From NCBI GenBank assembly GCA_014762635.1, contig JABURR010000079.1:18168-82167 (forward strand): a stretch of DNA of 64,000 nt. Reading direction: 5' to 3'. How positions within the stretch are numbered: the first letter of the stretch is position 1; each line of letters starts with the position of its first letter. Position numbers and translations under genes: made by a program. The notes beneath the pieces are model-generated. The model worked only from the letters and a program-made list of their open reading frames with translations, had not been told where the DNA came from and ran no database searches. Below are positions 10,565 through 20,181 of this stretch, one piece after another. Source of the DNA: Paracoccaceae bacterium (GTDB lineage Bacteria; Pseudomonadota; Alphaproteobacteria; Rhodobacterales; Rhodobacteraceae).

Positions 10565-11280
10565 ACCTTCACGCCACCGAACCTTCGGTCGCGGGCTCCG
10601 AAACGGCTGACCACCTGGCCGAAGACTTCAGGGGTGAAATCCGGCCAGAGCGTGTCGATGAACTCGTATTCCGCGTAGGCCGACTGCCAGAGCAGGAAGT
10701 TCGAGATCCGCGCCTCGCCCGAGGTCCTGATCACCAGGTCGGGGTCGGGCAGCACATGAGTGTCGAGGAACCGCGCCAGCGTCTGCTCATCCACCTTCGC
10801 CGGATCGAGCCGCCCCGCCGCCACCTCGTGCGCCAGACGCCGCGTCGCGCGCGCCACCTCGTCCCGGCCACCGTAGTTCAGCGCCACGGTCAGGTGCAGC
10901 TTGTCGTTGCCCGAGGTCATCAGCTCAAGCTCATCCATCAGTGCGACGAGTTTCTCGTCAAGCTTGATCCGGTCACCGATGAAACGGACCCGCACGCCCG
11001 CGTCGAAAAGGTCGCGCGCCTCGCGCTGGATGTAGCGGCGAAAGAGCGACATCAGCCCGGCCACCTCGGTCTGGGTACGCTTCCAGTTCTCGGTGGAGAA
11101 GGCGAAGATCGTCAGGTGGCTGACACCCAGATCGGGGCAGGCCTCGACGATCTGGCGCACGCGCCGCGCCCCGGCATGATGCCCATACAGGCGCGGCTTT
11201 CCGCGACGTTGTGCCCAACGCCCGTTGCCATCCATGATGATGGCCACATGCTTCGGGGCGCCGGACTTTTTCTCGCTCAC
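10561..11280 (-). CDS. uppS: undecaprenyl diphosphate synthase
   Basis: 239 aa. Contains HVAIIMDGNGRWA and FSTENWKR motifs. Overlaps cdsA by 4 nt. Confidence 0.9.
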   Translation of the reverse strand: MSEKKSGAPKHVAIIMDGNGRWAQRRGKPRLYGHHAGARRVRQIVEACPDLGVSHLTIFAFSTENWKRTQTEVAGLMSLFRRYIQREARDLFDAGVRVRFIGDRIKLDEKLVALMDELELMTSGNDKLHLTVALNYGGRDEVARATRRLAHEVAAGRLDPAKVDEQTLARFLDTHVLPDPDLVIRTSGEARISNFLLWQSAYAEYEFIDTLWPDFTPEVFGQVVSRFGARDRRFGGVKV

Positions 11281-11306
11281 GGTAGTTCTCCTGGTCCGCT
11301 GGCCGC

Positions 11307-11867
11307 TCAGACCTGCATGATTTCCGCTTGCTTGGTCTCAAGCGCCTTGTCGACGGCTGCGATGTGCTTGTCGGTCAGGTCCTGAACCTCGGATTCCCAG
11401 AGCTTCTGGTCATCCTCGGACATCCCGGCCGCCTTGGCCTTCTTGATCTGGTCCATACCGTCACGGCGCACGTTGCGGATCGCGACCCGGGCGCTTTCGG
11501 CATATTGCGCGGCCACCTTGGTCAGCTCGCGGCGGCGCTCCTCGTTCAGCTCGGGGATTGGCAGGCGGATGATCGTACCATCGACCACCGGGTTGATCCC
11601 CAGGCCCGACTCGCGGATCGCCTTTTCCACCTTGCCGACCATCGCCTTGTCCCAGACGTTGATCGTCACCATCCGAGGTTCGGGCACGTTGACCGTGCCC
11701 ACCTGGTTGATCGGCGTCGTCGCGCCATAGGAATCAACCGTGATCGGCTCCAGCATGCTGGCCGAGGCGCGCCCGGTCCGCAGCGAGGCAAATTCCGTCT
11801 TCAACGCCGCCATTGCGCCGTCCATCCGGCGCGAAATGCCGTCTACATCGATATCTTCGTCCGCCAT
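11307..11867 (-). CDS. frr: ribosome recycling factor
   Basis: 186 aa with typical Frr sequence ([24 protein letters not shown]). Lies downstream of pyrH. Confidence 0.95.
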   Translation of the reverse strand: MADEDIDVDGISRRMDGAMAALKTEFASLRTGRASASMLEPITVDSYGATTPINQVGTVNVPEPRMVTINVWDKAMVGKVEKAIRESGLGINPVVDGTIIRLPIPELNEERRRELTKVAAQYAESARVAIRNVRRDGMDQIKKAKAAGMSEDDQKLWESEVQDLTDKHIAAVDKALETKQAEIMQV

Positions 11868-11920
11868 GATCCTACTCTTCTTGTCCTGTGGCGCCCAATC
11901 GGGTCGAGCAAGCTATAGCG

Positions 11921-12658
11921 TCAACCGGCCACGATTGTATAGGTGCCATGCCCGGCAAGGATGCCTTTGAAGCCCCCCGGCTCGTCCAGCGAGAAGACGA
12001 TGATCGGAAGGTTGTTGTCCCGTGCCAGCGCAATGGCCGAGGCGTCCATCACACCCAGATGCTGCTGCAACACGTCGTCATAGGTGATCTTTTCGTACCG
12101 CTTGGCGTCCGCGTGCTTGTTCGGGTCCTTGTCGTAGACGCCGTCCACCTTGGTGCCCTTGAAGATCGCCTCGCAGGCCATCTCGTTGGCCCTCAGCGTG
12201 GCGGCGGTGTCGGTGGTGAAATAGGGGTTGCCGGTGCCCGCGGCGAAGATGCAGACCCGCTTCTTTTCCAGGTGCCGCACGGCGCGGCGGCGGATATAGG
12301 GCTCGGCCACCTCGTCCATGCGGATCGCGCTGATAACCCGGGTGTGGATGCCCAGCCCCTCCAGCGAGGACTGCATGGCCAGCGCATTCATCACGGTGGC
12401 GAGCATCCCCATGTAATCGGCGGTGGTGCGCTCCATCCCCTGGGCGCTGCCCTGCAATCCACGGAAGATGTTGCCCCCGCCGATCACCATGCATATCTCC
12501 ACCCCCAAGTCGTGGACCGTCTTCACTTCTCGCGCGATGCGTTCCACCGTGGGCGGATGCAGGCCGAAGCCCTGATCACCCATCAAAGCCTCGCCGGAAA
12601 TCTTGAGAAGGACACGCTTGTAAGTCGTCTTCGGGGCCGGGTCCGCTGACTCGTTCAT
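11921..12658 (-). CDS. pyrH: UMP kinase
   Basis: 245 aa. Contains [13 protein letters not shown] and GGGNIFRG motifs. Confidence 0.95.
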   Translation of the reverse strand: MNESADPAPKTTYKRVLLKISGEALMGDQGFGLHPPTVERIAREVKTVHDLGVEICMVIGGGNIFRGLQGSAQGMERTTADYMGMLATVMNALAMQSSLEGLGIHTRVISAIRMDEVAEPYIRRRAVRHLEKKRVCIFAAGTGNPYFTTDTAATLRANEMACEAIFKGTKVDGVYDKDPNKHADAKRYEKITYDDVLQQHLGVMDASAIALARDNNLPIIVFSLDEPGGFKGILAGHGTYTIVAG

Positions 12659-12756
12659 GATCTGGCCTGTCTCCGTGGCATTGTCCGTCGTGGCAAAATG
12701 TCGGAAAAGCGCCCGGTGTTCAACGTGGAACCGCCGTTCAACAGGACATTCTCGGC

Positions 12757-13632
12757 ATGGACATCCTGAAAACCATCAGCGCAGAGCGTCCGGTCCTGAT
12801 CGCGGGGCCGACCGCCTCGGGCAAATCGGCGCTGGCGCTGGAACTGGCGGCCCGCCAGGGCGGCGTGATCGTGAACGCCGACGCGCTGCAGGTCTTTGCC
12901 AATTGGCGCGTCCTGACCGCACGCCCGGATCGGGACGAGGAAGCCTTGGCGCCGCACCGCCTTTACGGCCATGTGCCGGGAGAAGAGGCCTACTCGGTGG
13001 GCCACTGGCTGCGCGAGGTGGCGCCGCTGCTGCGAGGCGAACAGCGTCCGATCATCGTGGGCGGCACCGGCCTCTATTTCACGGCCCTGACCGAAGGCCT
13101 TGCGGAAATCCCTCCGACCCCCGCCGAAATTCGGGCCAAGGCCGACGCCCGCATGGCGGCAGAGGGGCACGAAGCGCTGCTGGCGGAACTGGACCCCGAG
13201 ACCACGGCGCGGATCGACGCCCTGAACCCCGTCCGCGTGCAGCGCGCGTGGGAGGTTCAGACCACCACGGGCCGGGGGTTGGCAGCCTGGCAGGACGACA
13301 CGCCTCCGCCCCTGCTGCCACTGCACGAGGCCGAAACGATCCTGATCGATGCGGACAAGGACTGGCTGTCGGATCGGATCGAGAGGCGGTTCGACTACAT
13401 GCTCGCCCAAGGTGCACTGGCCGAGGCCGAGCGCAACCTGCCGACCTGGGACCCAGCGCACCCTTCCGCCAAGGCGATAGGCGCATCCGAGCTTATCGCA
13501 CACCTTAATGGCGAATTTCCGCTCACCGATGCACGGGACATAGCCATAACCGCGACCCGGCAGTACGCTAAAAGACAGCGCACATGGTTCCGCGGAAGAA
13601 TGGGACAGTGGGCAAAGCATCCGGTGTCCTGA
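12757..13632 (+). CDS. miaA: tRNA dimethylallyltransferase
   Basis: 291 aa with the P-loop [12 protein letters not shown] followed by VNADALQVF and GGTGLYF. Confidence 0.9.
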   Translation: MDILKTISAERPVLIAGPTASGKSALALELAARQGGVIVNADALQVFANWRVLTARPDRDEEALAPHRLYGHVPGEEAYSVGHWLREVAPLLRGEQRPIIVGGTGLYFTALTEGLAEIPPTPAEIRAKADARMAAEGHEALLAELDPETTARIDALNPVRVQRAWEVQTTTGRGLAAWQDDTPPPLLPLHEAETILIDADKDWLSDRIERRFDYMLAQGALAEAERNLPTWDPAHPSAKAIGASELIAHLNGEFPLTDARDIAITATRQYAKRQRTWFRGRMGQWAKHPVS

Positions 13633-13692
13633 TGGCTTGTTTTGGAAGGCCATTTGTAACCGGGAATAGATTGGGACGATGGCTACAGCCAC

Positions 13693-14541
13693 ATGACATT
13701 TGCGGCGCAAACCGAGCATTTCATGGCTCTGCACAGGGGCGAGGTGCCTTCCGAAAGGCACCAATATCATGTGCTGCCAATAAGTCGCCTGGCAAAGGGC
13801 GGCAGGTGGCGCACGGAAGGCATGCGCAGTTACACGCATCCGACGCTTCTGTGGTTCACGCGCGGCCAAGGCCGGATCACCTTGGCAGGCTCGACCCGCG
13901 GGTATGGGCCGCACAACCTGATCTTCCTGCCGCCGCGCACCATGCACGGCTTCGACATGACAGGCCAAACCCTGGGCACGGCACTGTTCTTCCCCGAAGA
14001 CAGCATGCTGCCACTTCCCGGCGCGCCGGTTCATCTAAGGGTCCGGCAGGTGCAGGAACAAACCGAGCTGACCAGCTTGATGGAGCATATCAACCGCGAG
14101 ATCGACGCCGGGCTACCCGCCAATGATCGCGCCCTCCATCACTATGCAGGATTGATCTCCGTCTGGCTCGAGCGTCAGATGGCTGCCGAGGCGCCCACCG
14201 TGAAGTCCGACAATGCGGCACGACGGCTTGCGGCTGCCTTCACCAACCTGCTGGAGGCGCATTTCCGAACCGGGCGGGCTGTTGCCGATTATGCCGAAGA
14301 ACTGGGCGTCACCCCCACGCATCTCAGCCGCGCCTGCCGGATCGCCTGCGGCCAGTCCGCATCCGCCATTCGGGCCGACCGCGTGATCTCGGAGGCCAAG
14401 TATTTGCTGGCGGATACGCGCAAGCCGATCAAGGAGATCGCCGATGAGCTGGGCTTCGCCTCGGCGGCCTATTTCACGCGGGCCTTCCAGAAGCACAGCG
14501 GCATGACCCCGTCGGCATTCCGCCGCCGCGGACAGGCCTGA
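13693..14541 (+). CDS. AraC family transcriptional regulator
   Basis: 282 aa with an N-terminal cupin-like part and a C-terminal AraC HTH (ELGVTPTHLSRACR, ELGFASAAYFTRAFQKHSGMTPSAFRR). Confidence 0.8.
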   Translation: MTFAAQTEHFMALHRGEVPSERHQYHVLPISRLAKGGRWRTEGMRSYTHPTLLWFTRGQGRITLAGSTRGYGPHNLIFLPPRTMHGFDMTGQTLGTALFFPEDSMLPLPGAPVHLRVRQVQEQTELTSLMEHINREIDAGLPANDRALHHYAGLISVWLERQMAAEAPTVKSDNAARRLAAAFTNLLEAHFRTGRAVADYAEELGVTPTHLSRACRIACGQSASAIRADRVISEAKYLLADTRKPIKEIADELGFASAAYFTRAFQKHSGMTPSAFRRRGQA

Positions 14542-14658
14542 ACAGGCCTCCCCCCCAAACATCTTTTTTCGCTTATGCATTTGCGAAACCGCGGTTCGCG
14601 TGGCAGGGTCGGGTATGTTCCAAGCTGGTCTTGGGAAGAAAGAAGGAACGCCAGCCAG

Positions 14659-16311
14659 ATGACCGACCGCGACACATCGGTGCGCCCCGCCCACCGCGGT
14701 GCCCGCATGTACGCGTCCGAGTATCGGGCCGGGCGCCTCAGCCGTCGTGAATTCCTGACGCGCTCCTCGGCTCTTGGCGTGAGTTCGGCCGCCTCCTACG
14801 GGTTGATCGGGCTGGAAACCCCGGCCTTCGCCGAGGGAACCGGCAAACGCGGCGGGACACTGCGCATCCAGATGGCGACCCGCACAATCAAGGACCCTCG
14901 GCTTGCGGACTGGTCCCAGATTGCGAACTTCTACCGCGGCTGGCTCGACTTTCTTGTGGAGTACAACCGCGATGGCACCTTCCGGGGCATGCTACTCGAA
15001 AGCTGGGAGGCCAATGACGACGCGACGCAATACACACTGAACATCCGCAAGGGCGTGAAGTGGAACAACGGCGACGAGCTGACCGCGCAGGACATCGCCT
15101 TCAATATCGAACGCTGGTGCGATGGCAACGTTGAGGGAAACTCCATGGCCTCGCGCATGACCAGCCTGACGGACCCCGACACCCGGATGCTGCGCGACGG
15201 CGCGCTCGAGATCCTCGATGACCACACGATCAGGCTGAACGCCGCCACCCCGGACATTTCGCTGATCCCCGGCATGGCGGACTACCCCGCGGCGATCCTG
15301 CATCCCAGCTATCCCGGTGGCGATCCGACGGAAAGCCCCCTGGGCACCGGCCCCTATCTCCCCGAGGTCGAGGAGGTCGGTGCGCGGCTGGTTCTCGTGC
15401 GCAATGACGGTCACGACTGGTGGGGCAGTTCGGTCTATGGCGGCCCCTACCTCGACCGGATCGAATACGTCGACCTCGGAACCGACACGGCGACGCATTA
15501 TGCAGCCGCCGAAGCCGGTGAGATCGACGCCCTTTACGAAACCGCCGGGGAATTCGTCGAGGTCTTCGATAAACTCGGCTGGGCCAAGTCCGAGGCGATC
15601 ACGGCGGCCACGCTCGCGGTGCGTTTCAACCAGTCGCAGCCTCCGTTCGACAATCGCGACGTGCGCAGGGCGCTGCAGATGGCCGTGGACAACAGCATCG
15701 TTCTGGAACTTGGCTACGCCGGCCTCGGCACCATTGCCGAGAACCACCATGTCTGCCCGGTACATCCGGAATACGCCAAGCTGCCCCCGATGGAGGTGAA
15801 CCCGGCCAAGGCCCGGCAAGCCATGATTGCCGCCGGGCACCCGGACACCGAATTCGAACTGATCTCGCTCGACTCGGACTGGGAAGCGGCAAGCTGCGAT
15901 GCGGTTGCCGCGCAGATCGTGGATGCGGGGATCAAGATAAACCGGCGGGTGCTTCCCGGGGCCGTCTTCTGGGAGAACTGGAAAGACTACCCGTTCTCGG
16001 CCACGGCCTGGAACATGCGCCCCTTGGGCGTGCAGGTTCTGGCCCTTGCCTACCGGTCAGGCGCACCATGGAACGAGTCCGCCTTCGCGAACGAGGAATT
16101 CGATGCGCTTCTGGCCGAAGCCATGTCCATCGCCGATGCGGACAGGCGCCGGACAGTGATGGCGAAGCTCGAAAAGATCATGCAGGACGAAGGCGTTATG
16201 ATCCAACCCTATTGGCGGTCGCTCTACCAGCACTTCCGGAAGGACGTGAAAGGCATGGAGATGCACCCGAGTTTCGAGCATCACCATTACAAGTGGTGGA
16301 TCGACGGCTGA
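14659..16311 (+). CDS. ABC transporter substrate-binding protein (family 5, peptide/nickel type) with twin-arginine signal
   Basis: ATG at 14659 is preceded by GAAAGAAGGAA. The Tat motif [13 protein letters not shown] is present. Size and sequence are typical of family 5 SBPs. No permease or ATPase genes are adjacent. Confidence 0.8.
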   Translation: MTDRDTSVRPAHRGARMYASEYRAGRLSRREFLTRSSALGVSSAASYGLIGLETPAFAEGTGKRGGTLRIQMATRTIKDPRLADWSQIANFYRGWLDFLVEYNRDGTFRGMLLESWEANDDATQYTLNIRKGVKWNNGDELTAQDIAFNIERWCDGNVEGNSMASRMTSLTDPDTRMLRDGALEILDDHTIRLNAATPDISLIPGMADYPAAILHPSYPGGDPTESPLGTGPYLPEVEEVGARLVLVRNDGHDWWGSSVYGGPYLDRIEYVDLGTDTATHYAAAEAGEIDALYETAGEFVEVFDKLGWAKSEAITAATLAVRFNQSQPPFDNRDVRRALQMAVDNSIVLELGYAGLGTIAENHHVCPVHPEYAKLPPMEVNPAKARQAMIAAGHPDTEFELISLDSDWEAASCDAVAAQIVDAGIKINRRVLPGAVFWENWKDYPFSATAWNMRPLGVQVLALAYRSGAPWNESAFANEEFDALLAEAMSIADADRRRTVMAKLEKIMQDEGVMIQPYWRSLYQHFRKDVKGMEMHPSFEHHHYKWWIDG

Positions 16312-16320
16312 TCGCCGGCC

Positions 16321-16893
16321 CTACTGCCCCCAGATCGCAAGAACGTAACTGCGCGTTTCCTCGTAGGGCGGAATGCCATCGTGGCGCCGCACGGCTTCCG
16401 GCCCGGCATTATAGGCCGCCAGCGCATGGGGCCAGTTTCCGAATTCCTCGAACTGCATGCGCAGGTAGCGGGCCCCGCCATCCAGGTTCTCAAGCGGATC
16501 GTTCGGATCGACGTTCAGCGCCCGCGCCGTTTGCGGCATGAGCTGCGCCAGACCGATCGCGCCTTTCGGGGAGACTGCTGCCGGATCCCAACCCGATTCC
16601 TGCGTCACCAGGCGCAGGAACAGCTCCGGCGGCACCCCGTGGCGACGCGCAGCCTGGACCGCGGCAGGCTTGTAGGGGCTTTCAGGCACCGGACGGACTG
16701 CTGTCGGCGGGATTTCCCGCGGCGGCTGAAGGCGAACCGATCCCCGATATTGCTCGGCGGCCCGACCATCCAACACATCGAGTTGTGACTGGAAAAGGCT
16801 CGCCCGTCCCTTGGACGATGCGCGAGACGTCTCGGCCCAGGTTGGCACCGAAACGGTCAAAGAAAAAAGTAGCAGCCAGAAAATTCTGATCAT
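16321..16893 (-). CDS. lytic transglycosylase domain protein (SLT family)
   Basis: Signal peptide MIRIFWLLLFSLTVSVPTWA. SLT motifs ESGWDPAAVSPKGAIGLAQLMP and AYNAGP. The ORF track starts at GTG 16902. Confidence 0.8.
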   Translation of the reverse strand: MIRIFWLLLFSLTVSVPTWAETSRASSKGRASLFQSQLDVLDGRAAEQYRGSVRLQPPREIPPTAVRPVPESPYKPAAVQAARRHGVPPELFLRLVTQESGWDPAAVSPKGAIGLAQLMPQTARALNVDPNDPLENLDGGARYLRMQFEEFGNWPHALAAYNAGPEAVRRHDGIPPYEETRSYVLAIWGQ

Positions 16894-17079
16894 TAAACCC
16901 ACACGCCCCCCAGCGCCGTTTCGGCTTTATACGCGACCCGGAACCTTTTTTCCACTTTTCCAGCGATCACAAGATGTAACCGGGCGTCACGACCGGGCGA
17001 GCAAGTTTTGGCTTTCATTAACCGTGGCAGGGTGATGTAACGAGAACAGGTTATACGCTCAGATTCGACGGAGGTTTCA

Positions 17080-17568
17080 ATGGCAGGTTCGGTAAACAAG
17101 GTGATCCTCGTGGGTAATCTCGGCCGCGATCCCGAAGTCCGCACCTTCCAGAACGGTGGCAAGGTCTGCAACCTGCGGATCGCCACGTCCGAGACCTGGA
17201 AAGACCGCAACACCGGCGAGCGCCGCGAAAAGACCGAGTGGCACAGCGTTGCGATCTTCTCGGAACCGCTGGCCCGGATCGCCGAGCAGTATCTGAAGAA
17301 GGGCTCGAAAGTTTATATCGAGGGCCAACTCGAGACCCGCAAATGGCAGGACCAGTCCGGCCAAGACCGCTATTCGACCGAGGTCGTCCTACGCCCCTAC
17401 AAGGGCGAACTGACGCTGCTCGATGGCCGTGGCGGCGACAGCAGCGGCGGTTATTCCCAGGGCGGCTCGGGTGGCGGCTACTCCCAAGGTGACACGGGCG
17501 GTGGCTACGGCGGCGGCCCGTCCAGCCCTGCCCCCGCAGGAGATTTCGACGACGAAATCCCGTTCTGA
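17080..17568 (+). CDS. ssb: single-stranded DNA-binding protein
   Basis: 162 aa with an OB-fold N-terminus ([19 protein letters not shown]), a Gly-rich linker and an acidic tail DFDDEIPF. Confidence 0.95.
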   Translation: MAGSVNKVILVGNLGRDPEVRTFQNGGKVCNLRIATSETWKDRNTGERREKTEWHSVAIFSEPLARIAEQYLKKGSKVYIEGQLETRKWQDQSGQDRYSTEVVLRPYKGELTLLDGRGGDSSGGYSQGGSGGGYSQGDTGGGYGGGPSSPAPAGDFDDEIPF

Positions 17569-17572
17569 TCGG

Positions 17573-18160
17573 TCAGTCTTCCTCGCGGAAGGCCTGATGG
17601 CAGGAATTGCAGGTCTGCGCGATCTGCCACAGCGCGGTGTCGAATTCGCTCATCCCGTCCGGGGCCGACCGTCGCAACCCGCGCATACCTCCCATCATTC
17701 CACCGGGCATCATGCCTCGGGGAACCTCGACCTCCTCCCATTTCTTCGGGAGTTGGCTTGCGCCTGACGGCTCGGCATCCAGTTCGACCAGGTAGTCGGC
17801 GGTTGCCTCCAGCATCGTGGAATACCGCGAGAACATGGGCGAATGGCGCCAGATGTCCGGGCTAGCCTCGCTCGGCTCGCCATCGCTGCCCTTCGGGAAC
17901 AGCGCCACCAGAGACTCCCCGGAATGATCCCGGATTTCTTCCGCCGCAACCGTCACAAGTTCGGCGGAATAGGGCAACTCTCCATGTGCCACGGCAAAAA
18001 GCCGCTCGAGCAATTCCTCGAGCCGCTCCATCATTTCCATGCGTTCTTTCACGACGCCTTGCGCATCGCTATGCGCACGGGCCATGTCCTGCCCCGATGG
18101 CAGCACTATTGCGGCCACAAGCACTGCCCCTAGGGTTATTCTGCTGCGTTGCGGTGTCAT
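17573..18160 (-). CDS. class II c-type cytochrome (cytochrome c-prime/c-556 type) with Met-rich insert
   Basis: 195 aa with a signal peptide and a single CNSCH heme motif 8 residues from the C-terminus, as in class II cytochromes. GGGAG RBS lies before the ATG at 18160. Confidence 0.7.
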   Translation of the reverse strand: MTPQRSRITLGAVLVAAIVLPSGQDMARAHSDAQGVVKERMEMMERLEELLERLFAVAHGELPYSAELVTVAAEEIRDHSGESLVALFPKGSDGEPSEASPDIWRHSPMFSRYSTMLEATADYLVELDAEPSGASQLPKKWEEVEVPRGMMPGGMMGGMRGLRRSAPDGMSEFDTALWQIAQTCNSCHQAFREED

Positions 18161-18231
18161 GATGTGAGCTCCCTTCGGGGGCTGTTGAAACGTTCAATGG
18201 TGACCCTGTCTACCTGCGCAGGAAGTGTGCG

Positions 18232-19368
18232 TCATTGACTTCGGTCAATCAATCCGCGAGCAGCCAGCGCGTCGGCCAGAACTTGCCGGACTGTGCCCGG
18301 GTCAACGTTATCGGCCACGAAAGCCTCGCCGATCCCGCGCGCCAGGATGAAACGCAGGCGGCCGTCGATCACCTTCTTGTCCTGCGCCATGAGCGTCAGC
18401 AACCCATCCGCATCGGGCAGGTCGCCCGGAATATCCGCAAGATCGGTCTTCATGCCCATCGCCCGCAGATGCGCGCGCACGCGGCTTGGTTCCTCTTGCG
18501 AGCAGAGCCCCAGCCGCGAGGATAATTCAAAGGCCAGCGCGCAGCCGATGGCGACGCCTTCACCGTGGAGCAGACGATCCGAATAGCCGGTGGCGGCTTC
18601 CAGAGCATGGCAGAAGGTGTGGCCAAGGTTCAGAAGCGCCCGATCGCCCTGCTCGGTCTCGTCCCGCACGACGATCTCGGCCTTCATCTCGACCGACCGG
18701 CGCACGGCCCGGGTGCGCAGCGCGTGGTCCCCGGCAGCCAGCCCGGGGCCGTTTTCCTCGAGCCATTCGAAGAACTCGGCATCGCCCAGCAACCCGTATT
18801 TCACCACCTCGCCATAACCGGCAAGAAAATCGCGCGGCGGCAGGCTATCGAGAACACCGATATCCGCCAGCACCAGCGCGGGCTGATGGAACGCGCCGAT
18901 CAGGTTCTTGCCGTGCTTCGAATTGATCCCGGTCTTGCCGCCAACGGAACTGTCGACCTGCGCCAACAGGCTCGTGGGGATCTGCACGAAGCGCACCCCG
19001 CGCCGCAGCACCGCCGCCGCAAACCCGGCAAGATCACCGATCACCCCGCCGCCCAGCGCGATCACGATGTCCCGCCGTTCGACTTTCTCGGCCAGCAGCC
19101 ATTCCACCGCCCGGGTGAATTCGGGCCAGCCCTTTGTGGCCTCCCCGGGTGGCAGCGCCAGCGCGGTCATTGCGATGCCCTGCGCCTCAAGCCCCTGCCG
19201 CAGCGTCTCCAGGTGCACCCCGGCGACAGTTTCATCCGTCAAAACGGCAACGCGGGGTCGCGCCAGCAACGGCGCGATCTCGGCGCCCGCATTGGCCAGC
19301 AGCCCCTGCCCGATCCGCACGTCATAGGCGCGCTCTCCAAGCGGCACGTGGACCGTCGTTGTCGTCAT
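18232..19368 (-). CDS. aroB: 3-dehydroquinate synthase
   Basis: 378 aa. Contains GGGVIGDLAGFAA and VDSSVGGKTGIN motifs. Its start overlaps the aroK stop by 4 nt. Confidence 0.9.
   Translation of the reverse strand: MTTTTVHVPLGERAYDVRIGQGLLANAGAEIAPLLARPRVAVLTDETVAGVHLETLRQGLEAQGIAMTALALPPGEATKGWPEFTRAVEWLLAEKVERRDIVIALGGGVIGDLAGFAAAVLRRGVRFVQIPTSLLAQVDSSVGGKTGINSKHGKNLIGAFHQPALVLADIGVLDSLPPRDFLAGYGEVVKYGLLGDAEFFEWLEENGPGLAAGDHALRTRAVRRSVEMKAEIVVRDETEQGDRALLNLGHTFCHALEAATGYSDRLLHGEGVAIGCALAFELSSRLGLCSQEEPSRVRAHLRAMGMKTDLADIPGDLPDADGLLTLMAQDKKVIDGRLRFILARGIGEAFVADNVDPGTVRQVLADALAARGLIDRSQ
18234..18249. promoter_or_regulatory. FNR/FixK-type palindrome ATTGAC-N4-GTCAAT
   Basis: Perfect 6-bp arms. 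The core TTGAC-TTCG-GTCAA fits TTGA-N6-TCAA. It overlaps the last five codons and stop of aroB. Its centre is about 81 nt upstream of the cytochrome ATG at 18160. Confidence 0.4.
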
Positions 19369-19925
19369 GCAATCCTCACCAATACATCGGGTCGTGCAAG
19401 CAGCGCCTCGATCACCTGCCGCGCCATATCCTCGACCGTGTAGTTCTTCGAAGCGTCAACCACGAGGTCGGCCTGCTCGTAAGAGGGCTCCCGCGTGGCG
19501 CAGAGCGATTTCAGCGTCGCGTAGGGATCAGGCGTACGCAGAAGCGGCCGCGTGTCCTTGTGCTTCACCCGGCTCCAGAGCAGGTCGACACTGGCCCGTA
19601 ACCACACCGCCACGCCCTTGTCAGAGATCATCGCCCGGTTTTCCGCCTTCAGGTAAGCACCGCCTCCGGTCGACAGGATGCCGGGCGCGCCCTCCAGCAG
19701 GCGGCCGAGCACCTGCGTTTCCTTTTCGCGGAAGAATGCCTCGCCGTCGCGCTCGAAGATCTCGGCAATGGTCATGCTGGCCGCGCGCTCGATCTCGGCA
19801 TCGGAATCCAGGAACGGCACCTCGAGCAACCGCGCAAGCGCTGTGCCGACGGCGGTCTTGCCAGACCCCATCATCCCCACCAGAACGACGGTTTTTTTCA
19901 ACTGAAATCGCAAACCGGCGGCCAC
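19365..19925 (-). CDS. aroK: shikimate kinase
   Basis: P-loop VLVGMMGSGKTAVG. I place the start at the in-frame GTG at 19925. The ORF track start at 20096 would add 57 non-conserved residues and would run into the divergent gene. Confidence 0.8.
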   Translation of the reverse strand: MAAGLRFQLKKTVVLVGMMGSGKTAVGTALARLLEVPFLDSDAEIERAASMTIAEIFERDGEAFFREKETQVLGRLLEGAPGILSTGGGAYLKAENRAMISDKGVAVWLRASVDLLWSRVKHKDTRPLLRTPDPYATLKSLCATREPSYEQADLVVDASKNYTVEDMARQVIEALLARPDVLVRIA

Positions 19926-20046
19926 CTGCGCAAAAAATTCCGGGGTCCTGAATGGCGTGATCTCGCAGGAAATGCCATATATAATTTCAGAAGCCACCGA
20001 AGATGTGGCACTGGGCACGAATCCGGGAGGCAGAAAGGCAAACCAC

Positions 20047-20181
20047 ATGATGCGGATCTTCAAATTGCTCTTGGCGCTGGCGGTCGTTGCGTTCATCGGG
20101 CTTGTGGGCTTTGCCTATCTGGGCGACCTCTCCCCCGATCAGGCCGATGTCTCGCGCCCCGTGACGCTTGATGCGGAATAG
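20047..20181 (+). CDS. small single-TM membrane protein (44 aa)
   Basis: ATG at 20047 is preceded by GGGAGG. It has a hydrophobic core LLLALAVVAFIGLVGFAYL. Its stop overlaps the start of the next ORF. Confidence 0.45.
   Translation: MMRIFKLLLALAVVAFIGLVGFAYLGDLSPDQADVSRPVTLDAE

Noticed and set aside
16903-17079. A LexA (SOS) box upstream of ssb.
   Set aside because: The alphaproteobacterial LexA direct repeat GTTC-N7-GTTC (GAAC-N7-GAAC) is not present on either strand. Only a single GAAC/GTTC occurs near 17044.
18185-18197. TTGAA-ACG-TTCAA as a second FNR site upstream of the cytochrome gene, together with the similar TTGACG-T-CGTCAA at 31825-31837.
   Set aside because: The spacing is TTGA-N5-TCAA, one base short of the TTGA-N6-TCAA geometry required by FNR/CRP-family dimers. 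This one also lies only about 31 nt from the ATG.
19957-20046. The 30-codon N-terminal extension of the small membrane protein ORF (MISQEMPYIISEATEDVALGTNPGGRKANH).
   Set aside because: It covers the AT-rich divergent promoter region, including a perfect TATAAT at 19980-19985. The internal ATG at 20047 has a GGGAGG ribosome-binding site and starts directly at the hydrophobic segment.
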